DNA from: an uncultured Oscillospiraceae bacterium
GTDB lineage: Bacteria > Bacillota > Clostridia > Oscillospirales > Ruminococcaceae
DNA length: 64,000 nucleotides
Assembly (NCBI GenBank): GCA_934526065.1
Contig: CAKSZX010000001.1
Location: 269,594-333,593, forward strand
Reading direction: 5' to 3'
Shown here: positions 27,488 to 37,712 of the stretch, in pieces
How positions within the stretch are numbered: position 1 is the first letter of the stretch
Layout: each line of letters begins with the position of its first letter
Notes under the pieces: model-generated
The model's database searches: none
Told to the model about the DNA's origin: nothing
What the model saw: only the letters and a program-made list of their open reading frames with translations
Made by a program: the position numbers and the translations under genes

Positions 27488-27816
27488 ATTTACATTGTTA
27501 AATAGTTGTTTGATTTGTAAAGCTCCCGGTGGGGGCTTTATTTTTGTCACAAAAGCCAAAACTTTCCCGGCTCGGCTTTGATGTATAAGATGATCGGTGG
27601 ATGATTACATATCCCCCGGTGAGGGAAATTTCTCGGCGATTTTCTTTATCTTTATAAAAATAAGCTCCTTTTCGGTTCACAATTTTTAAGTTTATTACAG
27701 CATTTGCAAAACAATGTGTAAATCAGGCTGTTTTTGCGAAAAAAACATAGAAAAAAATAAATTTATATGTTATCATATACAATGTAACATAAATGATACA
27801 AAAGAGGACAAATTTA

Positions 27817-28754
27817 TGTCAAAACTTATTTCGGTGATAGTGCCCTGTTACAATGAGCAGGAAGTCCTTCACCTTTTTTATGAGGAAATTACCCGTGTTG
27901 CAGGAGAAATGCCAAATTACAATTTTGAATTTTTGTTTGTAAACGACGGGTCAAAGGACAAAACCCTTGAAATATTAAAGGAATTTGCACAAAAAGACGA
28001 GAGGGCAAAGTACATATCTTTTTCCCGCAATTTCGGCAAGGAAGCGGCAATTTATGCCGGTTTGGAAAACTCCAAAGGGGATTATGTATGTATGATGGAT
28101 GCGGATTTACAGGATCCGCCAGCGCTTTTGCCGGAAATGGTAAAGTATATTGAGGAGGAGGGCTATGACTCCGTTGCCACACGCCGTGTCACAAGAGAGG
28201 GCGAGCCGCCGGTTAGGTCTTTCTTTGCCCACAGATTTTATCATTTGATGAATAAAATCTCCAAAACCGAGATAGTTGACGGGGCAAGAGATTATCGCCT
28301 TATGACAAGACAGTTTGTAAATTCACTGCTGGATTTAGGCGAATACAACAGATTTTCCAAGGGGCTTTTCGGCTGGGTAGGCTACAAAACCAAGTGGTTG
28401 GAATACAAAAATGTGGAGCGTGCCGCCGGGGAAACCAAGTGGTCTTTCTGGAAACTTCTTCTTTACAGCATAGAGGGCATTGTGGCTTTTTCAACCGTGC
28501 CTTTGACAATCAGTATCACAGTTGGGCTTTTGTTTTGCCTTATAGCCCTTATCGGTGTTATATTTATAGTGGTCAGAACATTTGCTTTCGGCGATCCGGT
28601 TGCCGGCTGGCCGAGTATGGTTTGCATAATACTTATGATAGGCGGTATACAGCTTTTCTGCGTGGGTATTTTGGGAGAATACCTCGCAAAGACATACTTG
28701 GAGGTTAAAAACAGACCTTTGTATATATGCAAGGAAACAAATATAGAAAAGTGA
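27817..28754 (+). CDS. GT2 polyprenyl-phosphate glycosyltransferase (GtrB/CsbB/DPM1-like) with C-terminal TM helices
   Basis: ISVIVPCYNEQ, FVNDGSKD and DADLQD motifs; two C-terminal TM helices. Confidence 0.8.
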
Positions 28755-28873
28755 TTTAAAAGGCAACTCACGATGGTTTATCGGGGTTGCCATAAATAAT
28801 GGGGTTGAAATATATCACTAAATATTGTATAATCTAATTCAGATAAATACAATATATAGCGTTGGAGGATAAA

Positions 28874-29374
28874 ATGAGATATGCACAAATGCGAAGGTAC
28901 GACGTTGCAAACGGAGTGGGCATACGCACCACACTGTTTGTAAGCGGTTGCCACTTCCACTGTAAAAACTGTTTTAACAGCGAATATTGGCCTTTTGAAT
29001 ACGGCGAGGAATACACCGACGCCGAAATGCAAAAGTTTATAGATATGGGCAAAGTCGACAATGTGACTGGATATTCGATTTTAGGCGGTGAGCCTATGGA
29101 TCAACTTTCGGATAATATGTTGCTTAAAACCGTACAGGAAATAAAAAAGCAAACAGGAAAAACAATATGGATGTGGTCTGGCTGGACATACGAGAATATG
29201 AACGAAAAACAGCGTGAAATATTAAAATATGTTGATGTGCTTGTGGACGGACAGTTTGTTGACGAAAAGAAAAATCTTAAATTGTTGTTCCGTGGCAGTG
29301 AAAACCAAAGAATTATAGATGTGCCTAAAACATTGGCACAGGGCAAAGTAGTGTTATGGGAGCATAAAGAATGA
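28874..29374 (+). CDS. nrdG: Anaerobic ribonucleoside-triphosphate reductase activating protein (NrdG, radical SAM)
   Basis: VANGVGIRTTLFVSGCHFHCKNCFN is typical of NrdG; about 167 aa. Confidence 0.85.
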   Translation: MRYAQMRRYDVANGVGIRTTLFVSGCHFHCKNCFNSEYWPFEYGEEYTDAEMQKFIDMGKVDNVTGYSILGGEPMDQLSDNMLLKTVQEIKKQTGKTIWMWSGWTYENMNEKQREILKYVDVLVDGQFVDEKKNLKLLFRGSENQRIIDVPKTLAQGKVVLWEHKE

Positions 29375-29823
29375 GCAGCGAAAAAATAAAAATTGTGTAT
29401 CACTCGGATAAGATAGAAAAATTGCGCTATATAGACGGCAAGTCCGACTGGATAGATTTGCGCAGCGCAGAAGATGTTGTTATGAAAAAAGGGGAGTTCC
29501 GTTTAATAAATTTGGGCGTTACAATGAGCCTGCCCGACGGATATGAAATGATTATAGCACCCCGTTCTTCAACATTTAAAAACTTCGGTATTTTGCAGAC
29601 CAACAGCATAGGTGTAATTGATGAAAAGTACGGTAAAAATTCAAGCAAAGATGTGCTTATGTACCCGGCTTTGGCTGTTCGTGATACGGAAATTCATGTA
29701 AATGACAGAATTTGCCAGTTCAGAATACAAAAGCACCAACCAAAGATTATTTTTGAAGAAATTCAGCCGGAGGACTTAGACGGCGAAAGCCGTGGCGGTT
29801 TCGGGTCTACCGGGGTTAAATAA
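29371..29823 (+). CDS. dUTPase-family protein (divergent motif III)
   Basis: Motifs APRSS, RICQFRI and C-terminal SRGGFGSTG match trimeric dUTPase motifs 2, 4 and 5; motif 3 is GVIDEKYGKNSSKD rather than the GxIDxxYRGE consensus; ATGA overlap with nrdG. Confidence 0.55.
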   Translation: MSSEKIKIVYHSDKIEKLRYIDGKSDWIDLRSAEDVVMKKGEFRLINLGVTMSLPDGYEMIIAPRSSTFKNFGILQTNSIGVIDEKYGKNSSKDVLMYPALAVRDTEIHVNDRICQFRIQKHQPKIIFEEIQPEDLDGESRGGFGSTGVK

Positions 29824-30001
29824 AATATTTTATAAGTTTATAAAGAAAAACGGAACTTATCAAGATGATAGGTTCCGTTTTATATTTTATAATTTAACTC
29901 TTGGAAAAGGGAAAAGAATAATCAGAAAAGTATGGGTTTGTTCGCAAAGTTTTAAAAATCAAAAACAGCGGATTTCTCCGCTGTTTTATTTTATATATTG
30001 A

Positions 30002-30751
30002 TTATTTACACAAAATGCTCTTTGCAAATTCTACCTGTTCTTTTGTAGGCATCGGCACGCCTTCAAGGCGGTAGGGGATACCTAATTTTTCGTATTTTGC
30101 AATAGCCATTGTGTGGTATGGCAATACCTCCACACGCTCCACAACGCCGGGATTTATTGCGTTTAGGCTGTCTATAAATTCCCTTGTGGCTTTCAAATCT
30201 TTCTCGTTGTCGGTACAGCCGGGCAAAAGAACCTGGCGTATCCACATTTTTTTATTTTGGCCTGCAAGGCGCTTTGCACACCGCAAAACATTCTCGTTGC
30301 CGTAGCCGGTAAGCTCTTTGTGTTTTGCACTGTCAATCTGCTTTATGTCAAGCAAAACCAAATCGGTAAGCTCCATAAGGCTGTCAAATTTTTTAAGCCA
30401 TTCTTCATCATCGCAGAATGGGCCGGCAGATGTGTCAATGGTGGTGTTTACACCTTTTTTCTTTGCTATGCGGAAAAGCTCGGTTACAAAGTCCATTTGC
30501 ATTAAAGCCTCGCCGCCGCTTACGGTTATACCGCCGCCGTTTTTCCAATAACTGCGGTATTTGTACGCACCGTCGAAAACCTCTTGTGCCGTGGCTGTAT
30601 AAGAGCCCTCTGCCTTGTCGCCCCATGTTTCCGGGTTGTGGCAGTATTTGCAGCGCATGGGGCAGCCCTGTAAGAATACAATGTATCTTACGCCCGGGCC
30701 GTCAACTGCGCCAAAGGTTTCTATGCTGTTTATATTGCCTTTAATTTCCAT
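30002..30751 (-). CDS. pflA: Pyruvate formate-lyase activating enzyme
   Basis: CPMRCKYCHNPETW radical-SAM cluster motif; 249 aa; immediately downstream of pflB. Confidence 0.9.
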   Translation of the reverse strand: MEIKGNINSIETFGAVDGPGVRYIVFLQGCPMRCKYCHNPETWGDKAEGSYTATAQEVFDGAYKYRSYWKNGGGITVSGGEALMQMDFVTELFRIAKKKGVNTTIDTSAGPFCDDEEWLKKFDSLMELTDLVLLDIKQIDSAKHKELTGYGNENVLRCAKRLAGQNKKMWIRQVLLPGCTDNEKDLKATREFIDSLNAINPGVVERVEVLPYHTMAIAKYEKLGIPYRLEGVPMPTKEQVEFAKSILCK

Positions 30752-30838
30752 AATTTATTTAATATTCCTTTGCTTTTCAGTGATAAAAAAGCCCCGCCTA
30801 AGAGGGCAGGGCTTGAAAGGGGGATAATCCCGGTCTTA

Positions 30839-33094
30839 TCAGAATTTATCGTGGAAAGTTCTGCTTATAACGTCAAGCTGCTGTTCTCTTGTAAGAGAAA
30901 TAAACTTAACGGCATAGCCTGAAACACGGATTGTGAAGTTTGCATACTCCGGTTTTTCCGGGTGTTCCATAGCGTCAATAAGTTTGTCCTTGCCGAATAC
31001 GTTTACATTCAAGTGGTGTGCACCCTGGTCAAAGTAGCCGTCCATAACATTTACAAGGTTTGTGGCTCTTTCGTCATCGCTGTGACCCAAAGCGTCCGGG
31101 TTCATAGCCTGTGTATTTGAAATACCGTCCAAAGCCCAGTGATACGGAAGCTTTGTAAGTGAGTTCAATGAAGCCAACAGACCGTTCTTTTCAGCGCCGT
31201 ATGATGGGTTAGCACCAGGTGCAAAAGGAGTCCATGCCCGACGGCCGTCCGGCAATTCGCCTGTGAACTTGCCGTAAACAACATTTGATGTGATTGTAAG
31301 AATTGATGTTGTAGCCTCTGAATCACGGTATGTGTGGTGCTTCTTGATATCGTCAAGGAATGTTTTAAGAAGCCATACGCCGATGTCGTCTGCTCTGTCG
31401 TCATCGTTGCCGTATCTTGGGAAGTCATCGCTGTCACGCTCAAAACCTACTGCAAGACCCTGCTCGTTGCGCTTTACCTTAACTTTTGTGTACTTGATAG
31501 CGCTCAAAGAGTCGATAACATGTGAGAAGCCTGCGATACCTGTTGCAAATGTACGGCGAACATCTGTGTCGATAAGAGCCATCTGTGCTGCTTCATAGTA
31601 GTATTTATCGTGCATGTACTGGATAAGGTTAAGTGTATTTACATACAAACCTGCAAGCCAGTCAAGCATAACCTTGTACTTGGCGATAACTTCGTCATAA
31701 TCAAGGTAATCGGATGTGATAGGTGCGTAGTTCGGGCCAACCTGTTTGCCTGTTCTGATATCAACACCGCCGTTGATAGCGAACAAAAGTGTCTTTGCAA
31801 GGTTTGCTCTTGCGCCGAAGAACTGCATTTCCTTACCTGTCTGTGTTGCGGATACGCAGCAGCAGATTGAGTAATCGTCGCCCCAAACCGGTTTCATAAC
31901 ATCGTCGTTCTCATACTGAATTGAAGATGTCTTAACAGAGATCATAGCTGCATATTTCTTAAATGCCTTAGGAAGTTTGCTGCTGTAAAGAACTGTAAGG
32001 TTAGGTTCAGGTGAAGGACCCATGTTTTCAAGTGTGTGGAGGAAACGGAAGTCGTTTTTTGTAACCATTGAACGGCCGTCAACGCCCATACCGCCTACTT
32101 CAAGTGTTGCCCAAACCGGGTCGCCTGAGAACAATTCATTGTAAGATTTAATTCTGGCAAATTTTACCATACGGAACTTCATAACCATGTGGTCGATAAG
32201 TTCCTGTGCCTCAGCTTCTGTCAACTTGCCGCTTTCAAGATCACGCTGAATGTAAATATCCAAGAATGTTGAAATACGACCTACGGACATAGCGGCACCG
32301 TTTTGTGTTTTGATTGCAGCAAGGTAGCCGAAGTAGAGCCACTGTACAGCTTCCTTTGCGTCCTTTGCAGGTGCGGAGATGTCATAGCCATAAATTTCAG
32401 CCATTTGCTTAATGCCCTGCAAGGCTCTTATCTGTTCTGCAAGTTCCTCACGACGACGGATAATGTCATCTGTCATTGTGCCGTCACCGCAGTTCAGCTT
32501 GTCCTCTTCCTTCCAAGCGATAAGCTGGTCGATACCGTAAAGTGCGATACGACGATAGTCGCCTACAATACGGCCTCTGCCGTATGTATCCGGCAAGCCT
32601 GTGATAATATGGCTGCTTCTTGCCGCACGCATTTCAGGTGTGTAGGCATCAAAAACTGCCTGGTTGTGAGTTTTGTGGTAATCATTGAATATTTTGTGAA
32701 GCTGAGGGTTTACATGGTAGCCGTACATTTCGCAGGCTTCCTCTGCCATTTTGATGCCGCCGTAAGGCATAAATGCTCTTTTAAGGGGCTTGTCTGTTTG
32801 AAGACCTACGATTTTTTCAAGGTCTTTCAAAGATTCGTCTATATATCCCGGGCCGTAAGAGGTAAGGCCGGATACTATCTCGGTTTCCTCGTCCAAAACG
32901 CCGCCGTTTTCACGCTCGGCCTTCTGCAATTCCTGCAATCTGCCCCAAAGTTTATCAGTGGCATCTGTGGGGCCTTCAAGGAATTCCTCGTCGCCGTCAT
33001 ATGGTGTGTAGTTGTTCTGAATAAAGTCACGAACATTGCATTCAAGCTTCCAAATACGGCCTTCAAAACCGTTCCATGCATCATTTTTTAACAT
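30839..33094 (-). CDS. pflB: Formate C-acetyltransferase (pyruvate formate-lyase)
   Basis: 751 aa; C-terminal glycyl-radical motif RVSGYAV; catalytic Cys-Cys region (CCVSA). Confidence 0.9.
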   Translation of the reverse strand: MLKNDAWNGFEGRIWKLECNVRDFIQNNYTPYDGDEEFLEGPTDATDKLWGRLQELQKAERENGGVLDEETEIVSGLTSYGPGYIDESLKDLEKIVGLQTDKPLKRAFMPYGGIKMAEEACEMYGYHVNPQLHKIFNDYHKTHNQAVFDAYTPEMRAARSSHIITGLPDTYGRGRIVGDYRRIALYGIDQLIAWKEEDKLNCGDGTMTDDIIRRREELAEQIRALQGIKQMAEIYGYDISAPAKDAKEAVQWLYFGYLAAIKTQNGAAMSVGRISTFLDIYIQRDLESGKLTEAEAQELIDHMVMKFRMVKFARIKSYNELFSGDPVWATLEVGGMGVDGRSMVTKNDFRFLHTLENMGPSPEPNLTVLYSSKLPKAFKKYAAMISVKTSSIQYENDDVMKPVWGDDYSICCCVSATQTGKEMQFFGARANLAKTLLFAINGGVDIRTGKQVGPNYAPITSDYLDYDEVIAKYKVMLDWLAGLYVNTLNLIQYMHDKYYYEAAQMALIDTDVRRTFATGIAGFSHVIDSLSAIKYTKVKVKRNEQGLAVGFERDSDDFPRYGNDDDRADDIGVWLLKTFLDDIKKHHTYRDSEATTSILTITSNVVYGKFTGELPDGRRAWTPFAPGANPSYGAEKNGLLASLNSLTKLPYHWALDGISNTQAMNPDALGHSDDERATNLVNVMDGYFDQGAHHLNVNVFGKDKLIDAMEHPEKPEYANFTIRVSGYAVKFISLTREQQLDVISRTFHDKF

Positions 33095-33545
33095 ACAGAT
33101 TCTCCTTTATATGAAATGATGATAAATAAAATTGCTTGCGTGATTTTCACATTTGTTATTAAAGTTATATTCAACGCAAAATCACGGCAGTATATGTGAC
33201 ACGAAGAAAAGCTCCGGCAATCCGCACACGGTGCAAATATGGTCGGCAGGGCGTTTTATAAACCTACTTAGAAACTATCTTGTGTATTGACTATTCACAT
33301 ATCTTGCGGTTAGATTATAACATCCACACTATATGTATGTCAATGAAAAACAGTGAAAATTTTATCGAATTATGTAATCTGCTTTGAACACCTGTTGTAT
33401 CAATGAAAAATTCTGTGTAAAACGCACAATGAAAATGTTAGCCAAACAGAACATAAACACGGGATAAATCCTATTTTGTTGTAATTAAAATTATATTATA
33501 TCTAACTTGTGAAAATGTTACACAAGTCTATTTATTGTCAATGCC

Positions 33546-33574
33546 TTGACATAGAATTTGCCATGATTTATAAT
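33546..33574 (+). promoter_or_regulatory. Sigma-70/SigA-type promoter TTGACA-17-TATAAT for the downstream amidohydrolase
   Basis: Consensus hexamers with a 17-nt spacer, 25 nt upstream of the ATG at 33599 (RBS AAAGGAG). Confidence 0.5.
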
Positions 33575-33598
33575 TTAAGAAAACAAAGGAGAAATAAA

Positions 33599-34783
33599 AT
33601 GGACGCTTTGAATTACGCAAAAGAAATTAAAGAACAAATAACTGCATGGCGCAGAGACTTGCACAGAATTCCGGAATTGGGTCTTGACCTGCCACAGACA
33701 AAAAAATATGTCTGTGAAAAGCTTGACCGGTGGGGCGTGCCTTACACCGAGTACGATGATTGCAGCGGCGTTGTTGCCCTGCTTGGCAAGCCGGGCAAAA
33801 AAGTATTGGCGCTTAGAGCCGATATGGACGCTTTGCCCATAAAAGAGGAAACAGGTTTTGAATATTCTTCAACCAACGAAAATATGCACGCCTGCGGCCA
33901 CGACTGCCACACGGCGATACTTTTGGGAGTGGCAAAGATTTTAAAAGAGCACGAGGACGAGCTGAACGGTCAGGTTAAATTATTCTTCCAGCCCGGTGAA
34001 GAAGGCCCCGGCGGCGCACCTGTTATGATTGCCGACGGCTGTATGGAAAATCCTCATGTTGACAGCATCTACGCACTGCATGTAGGTGAAATCCCGGAGG
34101 GGGCAAAAGCCGGAGACATCACCCTCCACTACGGTGATATCACCGCTGCCGATGACCAGTTTGATTTGTATGTAATAGGCAAGGGCGGACATGGTGCGGC
34201 ACCTCATATGTGCGTTGACCCGGTTGTTGTTGCTACGACTATTATAAATACATTTCAAACAATAGTAAGCCGTGAAATGGACCCTACGGAGCCTTGCGTT
34301 ATCACTGTTGCCACATTGCAGGCAGGCAGAGGAGCCGAAAACATAATCAGCGACACCTGCTATATGAGAGGTACGGTTAGAAATGCCAATATGAAGAACA
34401 GAAACTATGTTCTTAAAAGAATGGAAGAGGTTGTAAAGGGCATTTGTATGGCTATGAGAGCCGATTATAAATGGAAGCTGGACTACGGCTACCAGCCTGT
34501 TGTAAACGACGATGCAATGACCGATAAACTTATTGCTTCTGCCGGCAAAGTGATAGGGGAGGAAGCTATTCATGTAGGCGGAAAGCAGCAGATGGGCGGC
34601 GAGGACGCAGGTTTCTATTACCAGCTTGTACCGGGTTGCTTCTTTAACCTTTGCTGTATTGCACCGGCAAGTGACGGCAAGGTTTATCCTGCTCACAACT
34701 GCCACATGACAGTTGACGACAGCGTGCTTTACAAAGGAACTGCGATTTTCGTACAGGCAGCTTTTGATTATTTGAACAACTGA
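33599..34783 (+). CDS. M20D-family amidohydrolase (N-acyl-L-amino acid amidohydrolase/hippurate hydrolase-like)
   Basis: HACGHD metal-binding motif and EEGPGGA; about 394 aa from ATG 33599. The listed ORF starts upstream, within the promoter. Confidence 0.8.
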   Translation: MDALNYAKEIKEQITAWRRDLHRIPELGLDLPQTKKYVCEKLDRWGVPYTEYDDCSGVVALLGKPGKKVLALRADMDALPIKEETGFEYSSTNENMHACGHDCHTAILLGVAKILKEHEDELNGQVKLFFQPGEEGPGGAPVMIADGCMENPHVDSIYALHVGEIPEGAKAGDITLHYGDITAADDQFDLYVIGKGGHGAAPHMCVDPVVVATTIINTFQTIVSREMDPTEPCVITVATLQAGRGAENIISDTCYMRGTVRNANMKNRNYVLKRMEEVVKGICMAMRADYKWKLDYGYQPVVNDDAMTDKLIASAGKVIGEEAIHVGGKQQMGGEDAGFYYQLVPGCFFNLCCIAPASDGKVYPAHNCHMTVDDSVLYKGTAIFVQAAFDYLNN

Positions 34784-34888
34784 TAAAAATAAAATACAAA
34801 TAAAAGGCGAACCAAAGGGTTCGCTTTTTTGATGTGAAACAGTTATTCAGAAAAGAAAAAAGCCGAGGCTATTGCCCCGACCGATTTG

Positions 34889-34975
34889 TGGTGCGGATAA
34901 CAAGACTTGAACTTGCACTGCATTTCTACAACTAGCCCCTCAAGCTAGCGCGTCTGCCTATTCCGCCATATCCGC
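34889..34975 (-). tRNA. tRNA-Leu (anticodon GAG), 87 nt including encoded CCA
   Basis: The reverse complement folds as a class II tRNA: acceptor GCGGATA/TATCCGC, anticodon stem CTAGC/GCTAG with loop TTGAGGG, long variable arm, T-arm GTTCAAGTC. Own TTGACA-17-TATCAT promoter at 35003-35031. Confidence 0.8.
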
Positions 34976-35229
34976 ATATTTATATGTTCCTGTGTGAGAA
35001 CAAGACATATGATACCACAAGAAATTATTTTTGTCAACTGCAATTTTACAAAACAAAAGATTTTTTGAATTGCTTGTTATCTGTTAAAGCATAGCGGTGA
35101 AAATCAACCTGATTTTAAATCTTTTGCCATTGAAAATTTTTAATAAATAAGTAATTTTATATCGTGAAATTTTCGGTGCTTTAAAATTCAAACAAAAATA
35201 AAACCGAGGAATTATCCTCGGTTTTACTG

Positions 35230-35316
35230 TGGTGCGGATAACAAGACTTGAACTTGCACTGCATTTCTACAACTAGCCCCTCAAGCTAGCGCGTCTGCCT
35301 ATTCCGCCATATCCGC
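35230..35316 (-). tRNA. tRNA-Leu (anticodon GAG), second identical copy
   Basis: Identical 87-nt sequence 341 bp downstream; own TTGACA-17-TATCAT promoter and a CCGAGGA-aattat-TCCTCGG hairpin. Confidence 0.8.
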
Positions 35317-35393
35317 ATATTTATTCTGTCTCATGTGAGAACAGAATAAATGATACCACAGAGTTCGTGTTTTGTCAACAATTTTTTTGAAAA

Positions 35394-36728
35394 TTATTCG
35401 TTTTCTTCACCGCCGGCGATTTGTACCCGGTTGTCAGAGGTGTAATCAAATGTAGAAACATCTTTTAATTTTCTGTTCATTACATTCATTCTTGTGCCGG
35501 ATAATGTATTCAGTTCATCTTGTGCCTTAGACATAATTCTCTTTGTTTTTTCCAATGAATCGCTGAATTTTGCAAATTCCGTTTTAACTTCCGCCAAAAC
35601 TTTCCAAACCTCGGCGCTCTTTTTCTGCACCGCAAGGGTCTTAAAGCCCATTTGCAAGCTGTTAAGCAGGGCGGCCATTGTGGTTGGGCCGGCTATGTTG
35701 ATTTTTTCCCTTTGCAGTTCCTCGATTAAGCCCATTCTAACAACTTCGGAATACAGCCCTTCGGTAGGCAAAAACATAATGGCAAATTCCGTTGTGTTAG
35801 GCACATCTATATATTTTGTGCTTATGTCCTTTGCAAAGCCTTTAATTCTGGTTTTAAGCTCTTTCTGGGCGTCTTTTACGAAATCCCGATTCCGGCTGTC
35901 GTATGCGTCAAGCAGCTTTTGATAGGCGTCCAAGGGAAATTTTGCGTCAATAGGCAGGTACACAAAGCCGTTGTCAGACCCAGGCATCTTAACGGCATAT
36001 TCAACTCTTTCGGTTGAGCCTTTTTTTGTTATTACATTTGTGTCATACTGTTCCGGGCTTAAAATCTGCTCCAAAATGGAACCCAGCTGAACCTCTCCCA
36101 AAATACCCCTGGTTTTTACATTGGAAAGAACTCTCTTCAAGTCGTCTACGCCGGCACTTACTTTTTGCATCTCACCGAGAGATTTGTAAACCCGTTCAAG
36201 TCTTTCGCTTACCTGCTTAAAGCTCTCGGTAAGTCGGCTTTCAAGGGTCTTTTGCAGCTTTTCGTCAACGGTGGCACGCATTTCGTCCAATTTTTTCTCG
36301 TTGTTTTGCTGCAAGTCGGACATTTTCTTTTCCATTGTCCGATTGATTTGCTTCATTTGCTCGTTGTTTTGAGATTGAAAAAAGTTGAACCTTTTATCCA
36401 TGGAATTTGAAAATTCCGCCACGGTTTTTCTCAAATCCTCAATATTTTTGGCGGTATTTTCACGAAAATCACTAAATCGTCTGTCATCTGCCGCCGCAAG
36501 CCTGCTTTGTAAATCCGCCTGTGCGTCGGCATTTTGTTTTAACTGTCTTTGCAAAAAGTCCAAGGTGGAGGCACGGCTTTTTTCGCTGTTGTCGGCAATG
36601 TTTTTTTCAAGCTCCTTAAACTCTTTCCGATTGTCATCTTTTTTCATCCTTGTAAGTGTTAAAAGATTTAAAACTATGCTTACTATGCCTAAACCGATGG
36701 CGATTATTATAAGTGTTTCTGTACTCAT
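35394..36728 (-). CDS. rmuC: DNA recombination protein RmuC
   Basis: 444 aa; N-terminal TM, long coiled coil, C-terminal RmuC nuclease-like domain (YLPIDAKFPLDAY...FAIMFLPTEGLY). Confidence 0.8.
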   Translation of the reverse strand: MSTETLIIIAIGLGIVSIVLNLLTLTRMKKDDNRKEFKELEKNIADNSEKSRASTLDFLQRQLKQNADAQADLQSRLAAADDRRFSDFRENTAKNIEDLRKTVAEFSNSMDKRFNFFQSQNNEQMKQINRTMEKKMSDLQQNNEKKLDEMRATVDEKLQKTLESRLTESFKQVSERLERVYKSLGEMQKVSAGVDDLKRVLSNVKTRGILGEVQLGSILEQILSPEQYDTNVITKKGSTERVEYAVKMPGSDNGFVYLPIDAKFPLDAYQKLLDAYDSRNRDFVKDAQKELKTRIKGFAKDISTKYIDVPNTTEFAIMFLPTEGLYSEVVRMGLIEELQREKINIAGPTTMAALLNSLQMGFKTLAVQKKSAEVWKVLAEVKTEFAKFSDSLEKTKRIMSKAQDELNTLSGTRMNVMNRKLKDVSTFDYTSDNRVQIAGGEENE

Positions 36729-36730
36729 GA

Positions 36731-37702
36731 TCAGTTTGCTCTGTTCTCCTTGTCTCTTGCAAGTTTTTCAATGGCGTCCTTTATCATTTGTATAAAAGGA
36801 ACTCTGTCCACATCAAGGGAAACCTGAGCATTGGGCTTTTTGTGCAATGTGTTGTTCACATCGGTAACGGTCATACCGTATGTATATCTGCCGTCTATAT
36901 CAACGGTTACATAGTAATCCTTACATTTAACAAGTTCAGGCTTTAAAATCCAGGCAAGAGTCATGCTGTCGTGCATTGCAAGACCGGGGTTTTTCATTCT
37001 TTCACGGTAGTGTTCCGCATAAATGCCGCACATATCGCAGAGAACCTTAGAAATACTGTTGCCGTTTGCCTTGTATTCTTCAAGCTCGTCAAATCCGATG
37101 TAGCCGTTCCATGTGGCGTCAAGACAAGCCATTTTGATGGGAACGCCGGATGCAAAAAGAACATAGGCCGATTCCGGGTCCTGCATTATGTTGGCCTCGG
37201 AGACAGGGGAGGCGTTGCCTTTTAAGGTGGAACCGCCCATCATAACTATTTCCTTGATTTTAGGCGTAAGTTCCGGGTGGGTCATAATAAGCGTAGCCAC
37301 ATTTGTCATAGGTCCTACCGGCACAAGTGTAACCGGCTGCCGACTTTGGCGTAGCCGATTTGCCATAAATTCAACTGCGGATACAGGTTCTATTTTCTTT
37401 TTCGGCTTCGGCAAAGGATTGTCTATATCCCCAAGGCCGTCCTTGCCGTGAACTATGCTTTTTTCCGGCGGATTGTAAAATTTTACCATAGGCTTTCTCC
37501 GGCCTTTTGCAACGGGTATATCCTCTCTGCCGATAAATTCAAGAATTTTAAGTGTGTTCTCGGTTGTTACGTCTATCGGTCTGTTGCCGTAGGTGGTGGT
37601 TATGCCCAAGACATCAAATTCTTCGCTGCCCCGTGCAAGACAAATTGCGAAAGCGTCGTCAATGCCGGTGTCAACATCCATAATAATTTTAATTTTTTCC
37701 AT
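36731..37702 (-). CDS. Inosine-uridine-preferring nucleoside hydrolase family (paralog 1)
   Basis: N-terminal DVDTGIDDAFAI (DxDxxxDD Ca-binding motif); 323 aa. Confidence 0.85.
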   Translation of the reverse strand: MEKIKIIMDVDTGIDDAFAICLARGSEEFDVLGITTTYGNRPIDVTTENTLKILEFIGREDIPVAKGRRKPMVKFYNPPEKSIVHGKDGLGDIDNPLPKPKKKIEPVSAVEFMANRLRQSRQPVTLVPVGPMTNVATLIMTHPELTPKIKEIVMMGGSTLKGNASPVSEANIMQDPESAYVLFASGVPIKMACLDATWNGYIGFDELEEYKANGNSISKVLCDMCGIYAEHYRERMKNPGLAMHDSMTLAWILKPELVKCKDYYVTVDIDGRYTYGMTVTDVNNTLHKKPNAQVSLDVDRVPFIQMIKDAIEKLARDKENRAN

Positions 37703-37712
37703 ATCTGTCCTC

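Noticed and set aside
33509-33598. Listed ORF start (MKMLHKSIYCQ...) for the M20D amidohydrolase
   Set aside because: This N-terminal extension overlaps a consensus TTGACA-17-TATAAT promoter and has no RBS. The ATG at 33599 is preceded by AAAGGAG and matches homologue N-termini.
34861-35380. Two near-identical ~120-bp repeats first read as a possible MITE, CRISPR-like or mobile-element repeat
   Set aside because: Reverse-complementing gives perfect class-II tRNA-Leu(GAG) cloverleaves with encoded CCA and sigma-A promoters. They are duplicated tRNA genes, not a mobile repeat, and there is no spacer/repeat periodicity typical of CRISPR.
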